Positions 20,702 through 30,154 of a stretch of DNA of 64,000 bases are shown one piece after another. The stretch lies in the IMG/VR virus record IMGVR_UViG_3300030098_005498, positions 25,484-89,483 of that record, one strand, 5' to 3'. This stretch comes from a virus. The position numbers were made by a program, and so were the translations under genes. The notes under the pieces were generated by a model that was not told the DNA's origin, searched no databases, and was given only the letters and a program-made list of their open reading frames with translations. Within the stretch, counting starts at the first letter, position 1; each line of letters opens with the position of its first letter.

Positions 20702-21335
20702 CCCTTAAAATAATTCCACCAATTGATTGTTTTAATTCAACTAATTTATTCAAACCTTCTAGATACTTATGATCTAATTTATCAGAAACAATATAATCTA
20801 CTTTGCCCGTTGAAGCAACTAAAATAGACCAATACTTGTTGTGTTTTAATTGCTCTTTTACAAGTTCTACCGTTGCTTGAGTTTCTTCTGTCATGACCTC
20901 CGTTTCTGTATAAGTGCAAATTTTATTTTCAATATCTATCCTAACATCCTTGAAATCAAAAGTAACGGGAATCCCTATACAGAAGGTGTATCGACCCATA
21001 ACCTTTAAGGCTTCAATACCTTCTATATCATTTGCTAAAATATCTTTTATATCGTTGGTGATACTAAAATTAGTAACTCCTATTCTGCAATCCCACATAT
21101 CAGATGGCTTAAACATAGACTCCATGGGAAACATGCCAAATGGTGTATGTAGCATGTTCATTTTTTCCATGCCTCCCATAAACAAACCAAGAGGAGCCGA
21201 TGTTATTTCTGTTTGATCAATATTATTCAGCTCTTCTTCCATTTTGTCTAATTCGTCATGATATGCTTCAATATAATCTTCTGCCAAAGCATTCCAGCTA
21301 GTCCAGATGATTCTTTTATGTGATTTAATTGACAT
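20688..21335 (-). CDS. hypothetical protein
   Basis: 215-aa ORF with RBS. Confidence 0.6.
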   Translation of the reverse strand: MSIKSHKRIIWTSWNALAEDYIEAYHDELDKMEEELNNIDQTEITSAPLGLFMGGMEKMNMLHTPFGMFPMESMFKPSDMWDCRIGVTNFSITNDIKDILANDIEGIEALKVMGRYTFCIGIPVTFDFKDVRIDIENKICTYTETEVMTEETQATVELVKEQLKHNKYWSILVASTGKVDYIVSDKLDHKYLEGLNKLVELKQSIGGIILRGDDG

Positions 21336-21349
21336 TTCAAAATCTCCTG

Positions 21350-21691
21350 TTAAATATTGAAAACTTGATCAGGAGGGACTACTACATCATTGCCATTTTC
21401 GGTCTTGGTATTCTTTTGAGCTTGGCTATTTATTAAATTAACAACAGTCACATAGTCGGCCTCGTTACTATTTATTACGCATTCATTTTTGATTTCTTTA
21501 AAAATCTCTTCTCCAAAATTTTCTATTAGTAACTTGTAGAATATTGAAGCCAATCCTATTAAACCTTCTTCACCAGAAATCCAATTACAATTATATTCTA
21601 CTATACCATCAGTGTCAGATTGTATAATCAATTCACAGCTGACAGTTTTATTGTCCGATGGTTCTTGGGGTCGAGGTGATTGATTTTGCAT
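21350..21691 (-). CDS. hypothetical protein
   Basis: ORF in the operon. Confidence 0.55.
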   Translation of the reverse strand: MQNQSPRPQEPSDNKTVSCELIIQSDTDGIVEYNCNWISGEEGLIGLASIFYKLLIENFGEEIFKEIKNECVINSNEADYVTVVNLINSQAQKNTKTENGNDVVVPPDQVFNI

Positions 21692-22019
21692 ATATTTCCT
21701 TTATTTTTAAATCATCTAGAGACATTATTTTATAATTTGGTTTGCAGACTAAAGTTCCAGTTTCTAGAACTGTTACGTATATAGCTTCTACTGTACCCTT
21801 TTCTTCATGAACTAAATCTGTTAATTGAGGGTTTAACCAAGCGTAGTTGATATTAATGCAAGATGAACATAAATCAATTAATGTCTCGTCAATATTTTTT
21901 GTGGAAACGTATTTATTTGGAAATTGATTATTTTTGTTTACCACCAATCTAGCTTTAGGAAACGCTGCTCGATTGTATGGAGGAACTTCCAATATTATAA
22001 GAGTAAGTTTTGTTTTCAT
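21648..22019 (-). CDS. hypothetical protein
   Basis: ORF in the operon. Confidence 0.55.
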   Translation of the reverse strand: MKTKLTLIILEVPPYNRAAFPKARLVVNKNNQFPNKYVSTKNIDETLIDLCSSCININYAWLNPQLTDLVHEEKGTVEAIYVTVLETGTLVCKPNYKIMSLDDLKIKEIYAKSITSTPRTIGQ

Positions 22020-22270
22020 TATTTTTTCTTTTTAGTTGCGTTTTGCTTTTCAGCCTCCTGTCTTTGAAATTTTTGACTCGCCAACATTTGACCTCTTAAA
22101 TCTTGTAAAACATCGACTTGATTTTTCAAAATTGTATATTTTTCTACAGCAGACTCCAGTCTGTCAAGTGACCCCTTTTCAGTGGGTCTTAAAATAGATG
22201 CATTCATTTGAAACATACATTCAGACATGTTAGCTTCATACCTAGCAATCAACACTTGCAAAATGTCCAT
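22019..22270 (-). CDS. hypothetical protein
   Basis: ORF in the operon. Confidence 0.55.
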   Translation of the reverse strand: MDILQVLIARYEANMSECMFQMNASILRPTEKGSLDRLESAVEKYTILKNQVDVLQDLRGQMLASQKFQRQEAEKQNATKKKK

Positions 22271-22287
22271 TCTACATCTTTCCTTCG

Positions 22288-22767
22288 TTAAAGTGATAGA
22301 GAATAAGCTAAAGCGTTAAAATTTTTAGATACTTCAACTTTTTCAATTTCGTTTAATCTATGATTGTCTGTTCCTACTGTTGACTTAAATATAGAAACTA
22401 TACCATCTCCATATCCATCATATTTATCTTTGAGTGATCCATCAAATACGTTTTCTGTTGCTTTGATGTATACATCTCCCATTTGTTGAGCATCGCAATC
22501 GTAAGATGTTATCCTCTTGGAAAAAACATCGTTGAATATGGCTAGTCTAGTCCTATCGTCTAATTCGGTTACTTTGTCAGCAACTGGTTTTACCAATTGC
22601 TCAGTTTTATCGGTCATTGGAGATGTTAGCTCAATATCCACTTTTGGACTTACAGGTTGTGCCAACACCTCTAAAATTTGATTTCCAAATAAACCTATAA
22701 CTATAAAGGCTAGACCTAGCCAGATTCTATTACTCATTTGATTTCTCCGGTTCTGAGTCGTCATCAC
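22288..22767 (-). CDS. membrane-anchored hypothetical protein
   Basis: N-terminal TM/signal segment; the true start may be MSNRIW. Confidence 0.6.
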   Translation of the reverse strand: MMTTQNRRNQMSNRIWLGLAFIVIGLFGNQILEVLAQPVSPKVDIELTSPMTDKTEQLVKPVADKVTELDDRTRLAIFNDVFSKRITSYDCDAQQMGDVYIKATENVFDGSLKDKYDGYGDGIVSIFKSTVGTDNHRLNEIEKVEVSKNFNALAYSLSL

Positions 22768-23056
22768 TTAAGTCGTCATGGTCGTGATGCTTTACACCAA
22801 TCAATAAAGGAAATACCTCATCTAATTTTTCACAAGCCTCGTAAAGTCCAGCCTTGTGAGTTGCATCAGAAAGACACTCCCACTTACAGACTAAATCTGT
22901 AAGATCCCTATCTACAGGAGTATTATCCTTTTCTCTTTCTTTCCAAAATCTGGCGATCCACTCCCTGCCATTGGTGACAACGGGGCCACCTAGAATAAAA
23001 ACACCAATTGCAATAAGCATCCACTGAATAGGATTAATATCCGATAGAAAGTCCAT
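22730..23056 (-). CDS. membrane-anchored hypothetical protein
   Basis: N-terminal TM helix. Confidence 0.6.
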   Translation of the reverse strand: MDFLSDINPIQWMLIAIGVFILGGPVVTNGREWIARFWKEREKDNTPVDRDLTDLVCKWECLSDATHKAGLYEACEKLDEVFPLLIGVKHHDHDDLSDDDSEPEKSNE

Positions 23057-23078
23057 AATAGTTCCTCAATGTGTTTGA

Positions 23079-23270
23079 TTATTTAGTTTCTCTAACAGTG
23101 TCACCAATAACCCAAGCTACAACAATTGTAATAATACCAATTAGCTGTTCTTGATTAAGTTCAATACCAAACGCTTCAGAAGTTACAATAGAAGCCAAAG
23201 CAACTGCCGAAACCCAGAAACGTCTAGATGTCAAAAGCGATTTCAGTTTACTCATAATAATTTCTCCCAT
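23079..23270 (-). CDS. holin-like two-TM protein
   Basis: LLTSRRFWVSAV...WVIGDTVR, a typical small-holin pattern. Confidence 0.65.
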   Translation of the reverse strand: MGEIIMSKLKSLLTSRRFWVSAVALASIVTSEAFGIELNQEQLIGIITIVVAWVIGDTVRETK

Positions 23271-23279
23271 ATTTAAAAA

Positions 23280-23816
23280 TTAACGACGATGGCCAAAAAT
23301 GCGGCCAAATACACCTCTTCTTTTTCGAACTGTTCTGCTTACCCCTGTTACGGCCTTCTCTCCAGAACCTGAAGATTTAACAGTCCCTGATCATGAGCCG
23401 CCTGTCCCGCCTTGAATTTCTTTAACTTCTTCTGGATTAATTTTTATCTCTGATGGAGGATAAATCAGTTTATTTTCATTAATATCATACGTAGGGAGTT
23501 CTTGTGGATCTCCCGTATGATAAGGACAAGGTGAAACATGTCCGTCCCCCTGTACGATTTTTCCAGTACCTTTGCAAATACATTTTTCAGGATCTGGATC
23601 TGGGCCAACTGGTTGTGGGGTTGGCCGGGGTGTAACACCTAAAACTTCTTTTTCCGCCTTATGAAAACCAGCTTCTGTGTCTTTAATTATAATATCTATA
23701 TCGTCATTTGTCAACCCGTAGTTTACAGGAATTTTTTCAAATCCTGTGAAATAAGCGTATCCAAAAATAACAATAATACCTATAATAATTTTTTCTCGTG
23801 TAGTTAATTTTTGCAT
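23280..23816 (-). CDS. membrane-anchored Cys-motif protein with an in-frame UGA at 23391-23393 (possible Sec or readthrough)
   Basis: The 141-aa ORF (CICKGTG...GDG...CPYH) continues in frame past TGA for 36 codons to TAA at 23280-23282, filling the gap to the next gene. Confidence 0.6.
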
Positions 23817-23828
23817 AACATACCTCGC

Positions 23829-24764
23829 TTAAAATTGGTCATCGAAACTAGACCAGTCAATTTCTCTGGCGGGAAATCCATCTACATCACTAAAGACCCA
23901 AGCACCCCCTCCAGAAAGCATTCCACGGGCATCTTTTTCTCTAATCCAAAAAGATCCTTCTGGCTGTTCATGAACTTTTGGGCCACTATTCCAAATGCCC
24001 CAACTGTTTTGTACCAGGAACAGAGTTTCATTAAGTCTTTCTTTTGTGTCGTCACAGGCGATCCAAGCCATCGCGTGTGCCCACGAACCTGACTTTTTAG
24101 CAATGCCGTTAGAATCTCTACGAGAACTAAAACCATATCGAGAACATACAGATAAAGCGTATCCATTCGCTAATGCATCTCTAGCCTCTTCTACAGTTCT
24201 TACGTTTGAAATTGTTTTTACTTGATGTTTACTTGCTTCTGTCTTGTATACACTATCGGGGATAAGTTTTTTAGCTCCTAATCTTGAGTTATATACTGTA
24301 AGGTCTCCGTGCTCTACATTGTAGTCTTTTCTTAAAAGTATACCACCGTTTTGTGCGACATATCTAGCTGCACCTGAACACGTCATCCCCTGACCCATAT
24401 GTTCACGAGATTGATAAATTGCTTCGGTTGCGGATCGTGTTTCAAATATTTCTCTATCATCTTTGTGTAAAATTTCATAAGCACGAGTTACATCTACCGC
24501 ATTACGTGTGCTATGTGATACGCAGTCCCCATCAGTCTGCCTTTCAGATGGACCAAACCCTGGATCAAATTTTAGTAATGCTTTGAAGGGTAGACTAAGT
24601 TTCCCCTCCCCAGATCCAAATAAATCATATGCAGCAGCACCAAAAATAGGCATGGGCAATTCGCCAAGTAGTGCCTTTACATCTTCTTCATCACAAATTG
24701 CACCAACAAAACCATCTTTGTAGGCTTTCAAAGTTTGTCTAGGTGTTATAAAATTAGAGTCCAT
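23829..24764 (-). CDS. papain-like (C1) cysteine peptidase
   Basis: QTDGDCVSH (Gln/Cys), WAHAM (His), QNSWG (Asn). Confidence 0.85.
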   Translation of the reverse strand: MDSNFITPRQTLKAYKDGFVGAICDEEDVKALLGELPMPIFGAAAYDLFGSGEGKLSLPFKALLKFDPGFGPSERQTDGDCVSHSTRNAVDVTRAYEILHKDDREIFETRSATEAIYQSREHMGQGMTCSGAARYVAQNGGILLRKDYNVEHGDLTVYNSRLGAKKLIPDSVYKTEASKHQVKTISNVRTVEEARDALANGYALSVCSRYGFSSRRDSNGIAKKSGSWAHAMAWIACDDTKERLNETLFLVQNSWGIWNSGPKVHEQPEGSFWIREKDARGMLSGGGAWVFSDVDGFPAREIDWSSFDDQF

Positions 24765-25806
24765 TTAGTAACTCCTGTGCTGAATTTTTCCACGTAAATT
24801 GGTTGGCTGTATGCATACCCATAAAATTTTCTACATTACCCCATTTTTGTTTAGTTTTATGTACAGATCTAAGATGTTCAATCAGTTGATCTTTTGCTCT
24901 CTGATTAAAGCTCGCCCATTGTCCATACTCGCCAGAAAAGAAAACACCATCATGGGCATTTTCTAATTCATCAATGTTGATCAAATAGCAATTTTCCTTA
25001 TTGCAAAACTGGGTGTGTGCTGAGTAATTTGTGGCTATAACGGACTTGCCGCAGGCCATCATTTCTAATAGCTCTAAATTCCATCCTTCGGCTCTTGCTG
25101 GAAAAACACCACAATCCGTTTGCTTCATTATATTATACACATCTTTATGTGTTTGTTGTCTTGGAATTATTCTTATCTTGCTACCCAGGGGGGAGTTCTT
25201 GTACAAATCTTGCCAACCTTGATTGTTGGGTCCAATGAAAGGATTATCACACATCATCCATAATTCTACATTATCAGTTTGTTTAAAAGCTTCGTTAAAA
25301 CATTCTAATAAAACATCATGCCCCTTACGCTTTTCCCATTTTCCACAATTAAAAAAAATGGTTTCTTTGCGACTAGACTTTTGAGGTCGGAACGTTTCAA
25401 GATCCACTCCGAGTGGTACGACATGGACAGGCGGACAGGTCCATCCCTTTTGATTGTATAAAACATCTTTAGCCCATTCTGAGCAGACAAATATTTTATC
25501 ACAATGCATAATGCTTATTGCTTCTTCATGAGAAAATTCTGTTAATTCAAAAATGGGAAACCCTATATGGAGACCCTTTCCTACATGTGTATGTAATTCA
25601 TTCTGATGCCAAATCTTTACAGAGGGATTGTCAGACAAATCTGTAAATCTATTGGTCATCCCGGCACGAATATATTTATCAACAAACTCTGGTTTAGAAA
25701 TAGGATATAGGGAAGTGGATGGATGAAGTTTGTATAACTCTTTATAAATATTGTACCCAGCTACCCCATATCCTAAATTGTTAATTGGTGTAATTAACTT
25801 TAACAT
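24754..25806 (-). CDS. GT4 (group 1) glycosyltransferase
   Basis: VPLGVD, RKGHDVL, EGWNLELLEMMACG. Confidence 0.9.
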   Translation of the reverse strand: MLKLITPINNLGYGVAGYNIYKELYKLHPSTSLYPISKPEFVDKYIRAGMTNRFTDLSDNPSVKIWHQNELHTHVGKGLHIGFPIFELTEFSHEEAISIMHCDKIFVCSEWAKDVLYNQKGWTCPPVHVVPLGVDLETFRPQKSSRKETIFFNCGKWEKRKGHDVLLECFNEAFKQTDNVELWMMCDNPFIGPNNQGWQDLYKNSPLGSKIRIIPRQQTHKDVYNIMKQTDCGVFPARAEGWNLELLEMMACGKSVIATNYSAHTQFCNKENCYLINIDELENAHDGVFFSGEYGQWASFNQRAKDQLIEHLRSVHKTKQKWGNVENFMGMHTANQFTWKNSAQELLNGL

Positions 25807-25807
25807 T

Positions 25808-26587
25808 TTATTTCAATTCCCTGTATGCTGATTTCCAATGATTTAGTGGCTTTGTTTGTCCTAATGCTTGACTAGATAAAAAGAAAATATCTCCCTCAGA
25901 ATATATAGATGCTGTATAAGAAAGACCGCTTTTACTTCCAAGAAAAACTTTGGCTGTCACAAATTCATGAAATGTGGTTGTTAATGAATATTTTTGGTTG
26001 TAAGCCATTGGTTCTGAAAGTTTAAATGTGGTTTTTTCTATAAACTCCTGGGGCCAGTTACGTAATATACTTTCAAATTCCTGTATTTGACCTTCGGAAT
26101 GAATTGCTACATTATAATGATCTGGGTATTTTTTTATTAATGCAGGAATGGCAGTGTTGTACCATTCATTTGATATATATCTTCTTTCTCGGTCTTTGAC
26201 GTGCCAATCAGACATGCCTGTCTTCAAGTCTCCTCGACGTATGTGGATTACTATTTCTTCTTTGACTGGTTCGGGTTTGGATGTAGACCAATAAAGTTCT
26301 CTTATATGCGAAAGAACTTCATTAGTGTAATATGCATTTGGACTCCAAAAAACTCTACGACAATCCTTACGAGATAAATGTATATTCTTACCTTCTCTAT
26401 TGTCGGCAATTCCAATGAATTTATTTAACTCTTCTGCCTTATTTTCCCATCCATGTGCTACATGTGTGAAAGGCGTATGAACGTAGTTATATTTTGAACT
26501 GTTAAAACAAAAGGCAATACCGGATAGCTTGGCATTTAACTGACATCCAAATCCGTCAACCTTTCCTTTTACTGTTAGATTTTGCAT
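25808..26587 (-). CDS. GT11-like (fucosyltransferase-like) protein
   Basis: DGFGCQ, HIRRGD, SKSGLSY. Confidence 0.7.
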   Translation of the reverse strand: MQNLTVKGKVDGFGCQLNAKLSGIAFCFNSSKYNYVHTPFTHVAHGWENKAEELNKFIGIADNREGKNIHLSRKDCRRVFWSPNAYYTNEVLSHIRELYWSTSKPEPVKEEIVIHIRRGDLKTGMSDWHVKDRERRYISNEWYNTAIPALIKKYPDHYNVAIHSEGQIQEFESILRNWPQEFIEKTTFKLSEPMAYNQKYSLTTTFHEFVTAKVFLGSKSGLSYTASIYSEGDIFFLSSQALGQTKPLNHWKSAYRELK

Positions 26588-26634
26588 TTTTATCTCGTTT
26601 TATAGTATGGAAATCTATGTGTATGATATGTATT

Positions 26635-27420
26635 TCATTTTAAGAATTTCCACCTCGATAAGGGGACTTCTATTTGTTTGTCGGTTTTTCCATGATTTAT
26701 GTAATATACCTTATTAGGGTTGAGTATACCGGCAACATGGGACAGGCTACTCTTGCCTATAAATAAAACCTTAGCTGCTACCATTTCATGAAAAGTGTAT
26801 TGTAACTCTTTTACATGATCCTCTCTTATTATATGGTTTTTTATCCTAAAATGCAATAGATTGAACCGATTACAATCTAAATTTTTATCAAAGAAGTCGA
26901 TGATAGATTCATTATCGTTAGTGTGTATAATTATCTTTTCATTATTGTATAACGAGATAATCTTTTTTATATAACTTAAATACCATTCATTAGTAAGGTG
27001 TCGCTTCCTTCCACTTTCACCATAACCTCTGGAGGCGACATCGCCTCTTCTTATATGCACAACTATAGAGCCATCTTGTACGGCTGGTTTATCTGAACTA
27101 AAATATCTTCGTCTTATTTCCGCTACAACTTCGTTAGAAAAAATTTTATCTGGAATTTCAAAAGCTTTATACATTTTATCAAAAACAACAATTTTTTTTC
27201 TTTCCACTTTTTGATTAGGAAAGTTAGACCATCCAACAAAATCATTCATCTGTTGCAGGTCATCATGTCTAAAACCGTGCTGGCGATGATTAATTCTGTT
27301 CATTTCTGTATAAATATATTGGTATTCAGGAAACAAATGACAGAATCCATAACCATACATTTTTTTTAGATACTGAGAACCAAATCCATCTCTGCAAACA
27401 ACACTTAAATATTTGGTCAA
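26635..27420 (-). CDS. GT11-like (fucosyltransferase-like) protein
   Basis: DGFGSQ, HIRRGD, KSSLSH; likely TTG start at 27420 behind AAGGA. Confidence 0.7.
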   Translation of the reverse strand: MTKYLSVVCRDGFGSQYLKKMYGYGFCHLFPEYQYIYTEMNRINHRQHGFRHDDLQQMNDFVGWSNFPNQKVERKKIVVFDKMYKAFEIPDKIFSNEVVAEIRRRYFSSDKPAVQDGSIVVHIRRGDVASRGYGESGRKRHLTNEWYLSYIKKIISLYNNEKIIIHTNDNESIIDFFDKNLDCNRFNLLHFRIKNHIIREDHVKELQYTFHEMVAAKVLFIGKSSLSHVAGILNPNKVYYINHGKTDKQIEVPLSRWKFLK

Positions 27421-27422
27421 GT

Positions 27423-28220
27423 TTATTTCCTTACAAAAGATACCTCTGGTACTGAGTGTGCATTTTTCCAATGATTTAGACCTCTGTTTTGACCCTTCGC
27501 CCTAGCGGCAACAAAGTACACATCGCCTTCGCAAAGTATTGAAGAGGTATATGATAACCCACTCTTACTGCCTAAAAAAACTTTAGCTGTTACCATTTCA
27601 TGAAAGGCTGTTGTAAGAGAGTATTTTTGTTCTCTTACATCATCTTCGGCAAGTTTAAAGTTAGTTCTTTGTATCAAATCTTCAGGCCACCCGTCCAATA
27701 TAGAACTAAACTCTTCAAAATCTCCTTCGGAATGAATTGCTATTTGATAATGATCTGGATACAATGCTGCCAAGCTTGGTATTTTTTTATTATACCAAGG
27801 GTTGTACATATGCCTTCTTCTTCTGTCTCCAGATCTTGAAAGGCTAACATCGCCCCTTCTGATATGTACAACAATTTCTTCTTTTACATTGGGTGGCTTT
27901 GGTGTAGACCAGTACATTCTTCTTAAATGATTTAATGTTTTCTCATTATAAAAATCATTAGGGTTACCAAATACTTGATTCATATACCTATACACGCAGT
28001 GTATTTTTTTACCACGTCTATTATCAGGTATACCCATGAAGTCATTTAAGATATCTACAGCGTCCTGGTCTCTCCATCCATGCGAAACGGTTGTAAAGGG
28101 TGTATGTACGTACCTATATTTAGGATGATTGAAACAGAATGCTATGCCGGAAAACTTAGCGTTTAATTGACATCCAAATCCATCCTTTTTTCCTCTAATT
28201 GTTAGATTCTTGTATCCCAT
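27423..28220 (-). CDS. GT11-like (fucosyltransferase-like) protein
   Basis: DGFGCQ, HIRRGD, SKSGLSY; start moved to MGYKNL to remove the overlap. Confidence 0.7.
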   Translation of the reverse strand: MGYKNLTIRGKKDGFGCQLNAKFSGIAFCFNHPKYRYVHTPFTTVSHGWRDQDAVDILNDFMGIPDNRRGKKIHCVYRYMNQVFGNPNDFYNEKTLNHLRRMYWSTPKPPNVKEEIVVHIRRGDVSLSRSGDRRRRHMYNPWYNKKIPSLAALYPDHYQIAIHSEGDFEEFSSILDGWPEDLIQRTNFKLAEDDVREQKYSLTTAFHEMVTAKVFLGSKSGLSYTSSILCEGDVYFVAARAKGQNRGLNHWKNAHSVPEVSFVRK

Positions 28221-28227
28221 TATCTTC

Positions 28228-29439
28228 CTACCAATTTTTACATGACCAATATCGTGCCTTCCATCTAGGTCCAGGGTTTGTATCGCATTTATGTCTTGCA
28301 CGAAAGCTCTTGCGTCTTGCAGGATCGTCTCGCTTGATCTCCATGTTGGGATCGCCAAAATTAACCTTAACGACATTGCCTTTTTCGTTTTTTACATAAA
28401 CGCTAAACTTCTTGGGGCCATCTGGAGTTCTAAATGGTTTACCCAGCTTGACTGTGCGACCTTTATATTTTGCTGCTTTGCCTTTATACACCAATGACTG
28501 TCCATCTTTTTTATAATTTCCAATTCTATCATAAGTATAAATTTCGCCCGTCTTGGGATTCTCATACAAAAAGGCAGAAAATGCAACCATTGCTTTAGAT
28601 TTTTTTGGATGTCCTTTTGGTAAAAGATCATTATCTTGTTTATAATTAGGGTTACTGGGTTTGCCCGTTCTTAGAAGGTGAATAAAAGCTCTAACTCTAG
28701 CCATAGCCCATCCGTCGCGGGACATTTTAGGAGCATGACTAGTAGAAAAAGCACCAGCACCACGCCGATAAACTGCTTTTAACATTCCAAGCGTTGCTTT
28801 AGAGCCCTTGCCTTTAGCGTTATGCTCTCTTACTATTTTAGAAAGTCTAGCGGTAGTCTCTTTGCTAAAAGTTATTTTCCCTCTAGGATTTTTTGCACTT
28901 CCTGGTTTGTTTTTCTTAGATCCTTTTTTTTGGTCTTTCTTGGGAGCTGGGGTTTTTCTGGGGTCGTTGGGTCCAGGCTTACCTCTCTGTAGTGCTTCTG
29001 TAGATTCTTCGTTAGTGCCACATATTTTCTTTTCTTGGGCACGTTTTAATTGCTCTTGCGTGGGACGGTCTGGGTCTCCAGGTTTTGCTGGTCGGTAATT
29101 TTTGCCTTCGCGTTCTTTTTTCTTGCGTATATTTTCCCATAAGCCAGGTTTAGCTACGGCGATGTCCCAGTCTTCCTCCTGCTCGCCAAAATCTACATAT
29201 TCCGCCTCCGTTGGAATATAAAAGTTGTCCTCATTCAGATCTTCTGTGTAGCCCAATTCTTCCACATTATACTTCAAATCTATTGCAGCCATAGCATTCA
29301 TGTCTTCTGTAGCCCTAGTCATACATACAGCTAGACGTTGATCCCTGTTGGGAAATTCTTTTGATGCTTTATCATCCGACATACAACGTGAAATAAAATT
29401 TTCTCTGGTTTCTTTTTCCCCTCGTTGTGGAAGTGGCAT
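28228..29439 (-). CDS. basic multi-module phage protein
   Basis: Concatenated short modules (FISRCM..QRLAVC; GLWENIRKK; LKAVYRRGAGAF..WAMARV; FGDPNM..RRKSFRARHKC..YWSC) familiar from large-phage proteins; start at MPLPQR. Confidence 0.65.
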   Translation of the reverse strand: MPLPQRGEKETRENFISRCMSDDKASKEFPNRDQRLAVCMTRATEDMNAMAAIDLKYNVEELGYTEDLNEDNFYIPTEAEYVDFGEQEEDWDIAVAKPGLWENIRKKKEREGKNYRPAKPGDPDRPTQEQLKRAQEKKICGTNEESTEALQRGKPGPNDPRKTPAPKKDQKKGSKKNKPGSAKNPRGKITFSKETTARLSKIVREHNAKGKGSKATLGMLKAVYRRGAGAFSTSHAPKMSRDGWAMARVRAFIHLLRTGKPSNPNYKQDNDLLPKGHPKKSKAMVAFSAFLYENPKTGEIYTYDRIGNYKKDGQSLVYKGKAAKYKGRTVKLGKPFRTPDGPKKFSVYVKNEKGNVVKVNFGDPNMEIKRDDPARRKSFRARHKCDTNPGPRWKARYWSCKNW

Positions 29440-29441
29440 GT

Positions 29442-30122
29442 CTATTCTCCTCGTGTGAATAATTCTGGAAACATTTTGAATTTTAAGTCTTCCCAAATGA
29501 CACTAGATATTGTCATGGCAGCATCATTATCACTGGGGTAGTGAACTCCCTGTAAACATCTTGCATATCCAGCAATACCCGGTTGAGAAAAGAACTCATT
29601 GCTGAACTCTGGATATTGTGCTGAGAATAAATGTGCAGCCATCGCTGTGTAGCATGTATGACCACTGGGATACGCTGGTGTATGATGTGTAGATGTTTCA
29701 ATTACATTAACTTTTAGGCCAAAATAAGGAGCTAATTGTTCCGGTCTTGACCTGTTAAAAAGATATTTTAGTCTCATCACCACTGGACGAGAAACCCTCC
29801 AAAGCTTTTTAAAGCCCTCTTTGTCTACTTTTAAATTGTTGTTTCTTATGGTTTTATCAAATAAGTCTAAAGGCTCCTTGTCAACCAATTCAACCAGTGC
29901 CTTCTGAGCAACCGAAATATTCTCGGTTAACTCGCTCAAATATAACAATTCACTGTGAGTTATTTTGCTAGAGTTAACAGGAGGTTTGGGTAGAGAATTT
30001 TTCCAATCAACTGTAAAATCTTCGCTAACATTGTATTTTTTTATTTCTTTTGAAACATCTTCAGTGTATACTTCTGAGTCAATGCTTTTTTTTAGTTCTT
30101 CAAATACCTCTTGTGATTTCAT
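29442..30122 (-). CDS. PAP2/acid phosphatase-vanadium haloperoxidase family protein
   Basis: KxxxxRxRP, YPSGH and RxxxGVHYPSD motifs. Confidence 0.88.
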   Translation of the reverse strand: MKSQEVFEELKKSIDSEVYTEDVSKEIKKYNVSEDFTVDWKNSLPKPPVNSSKITHSELLYLSELTENISVAQKALVELVDKEPLDLFDKTIRNNNLKVDKEGFKKLWRVSRPVVMRLKYLFNRSRPEQLAPYFGLKVNVIETSTHHTPAYPSGHTCYTAMAAHLFSAQYPEFSNEFFSQPGIAGYARCLQGVHYPSDNDAAMTISSVIWEDLKFKMFPELFTRGE

Positions 30123-30154
30123 TGTCGTTCCCCTTTCGACAATATGTACACATT

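Noticed and set aside
28221-28376. N-terminal extension of ORF 27423..28376
   Set aside because: It overlaps the upstream gene's conserved C-terminus, and paralogue alignment puts the start at 28220.
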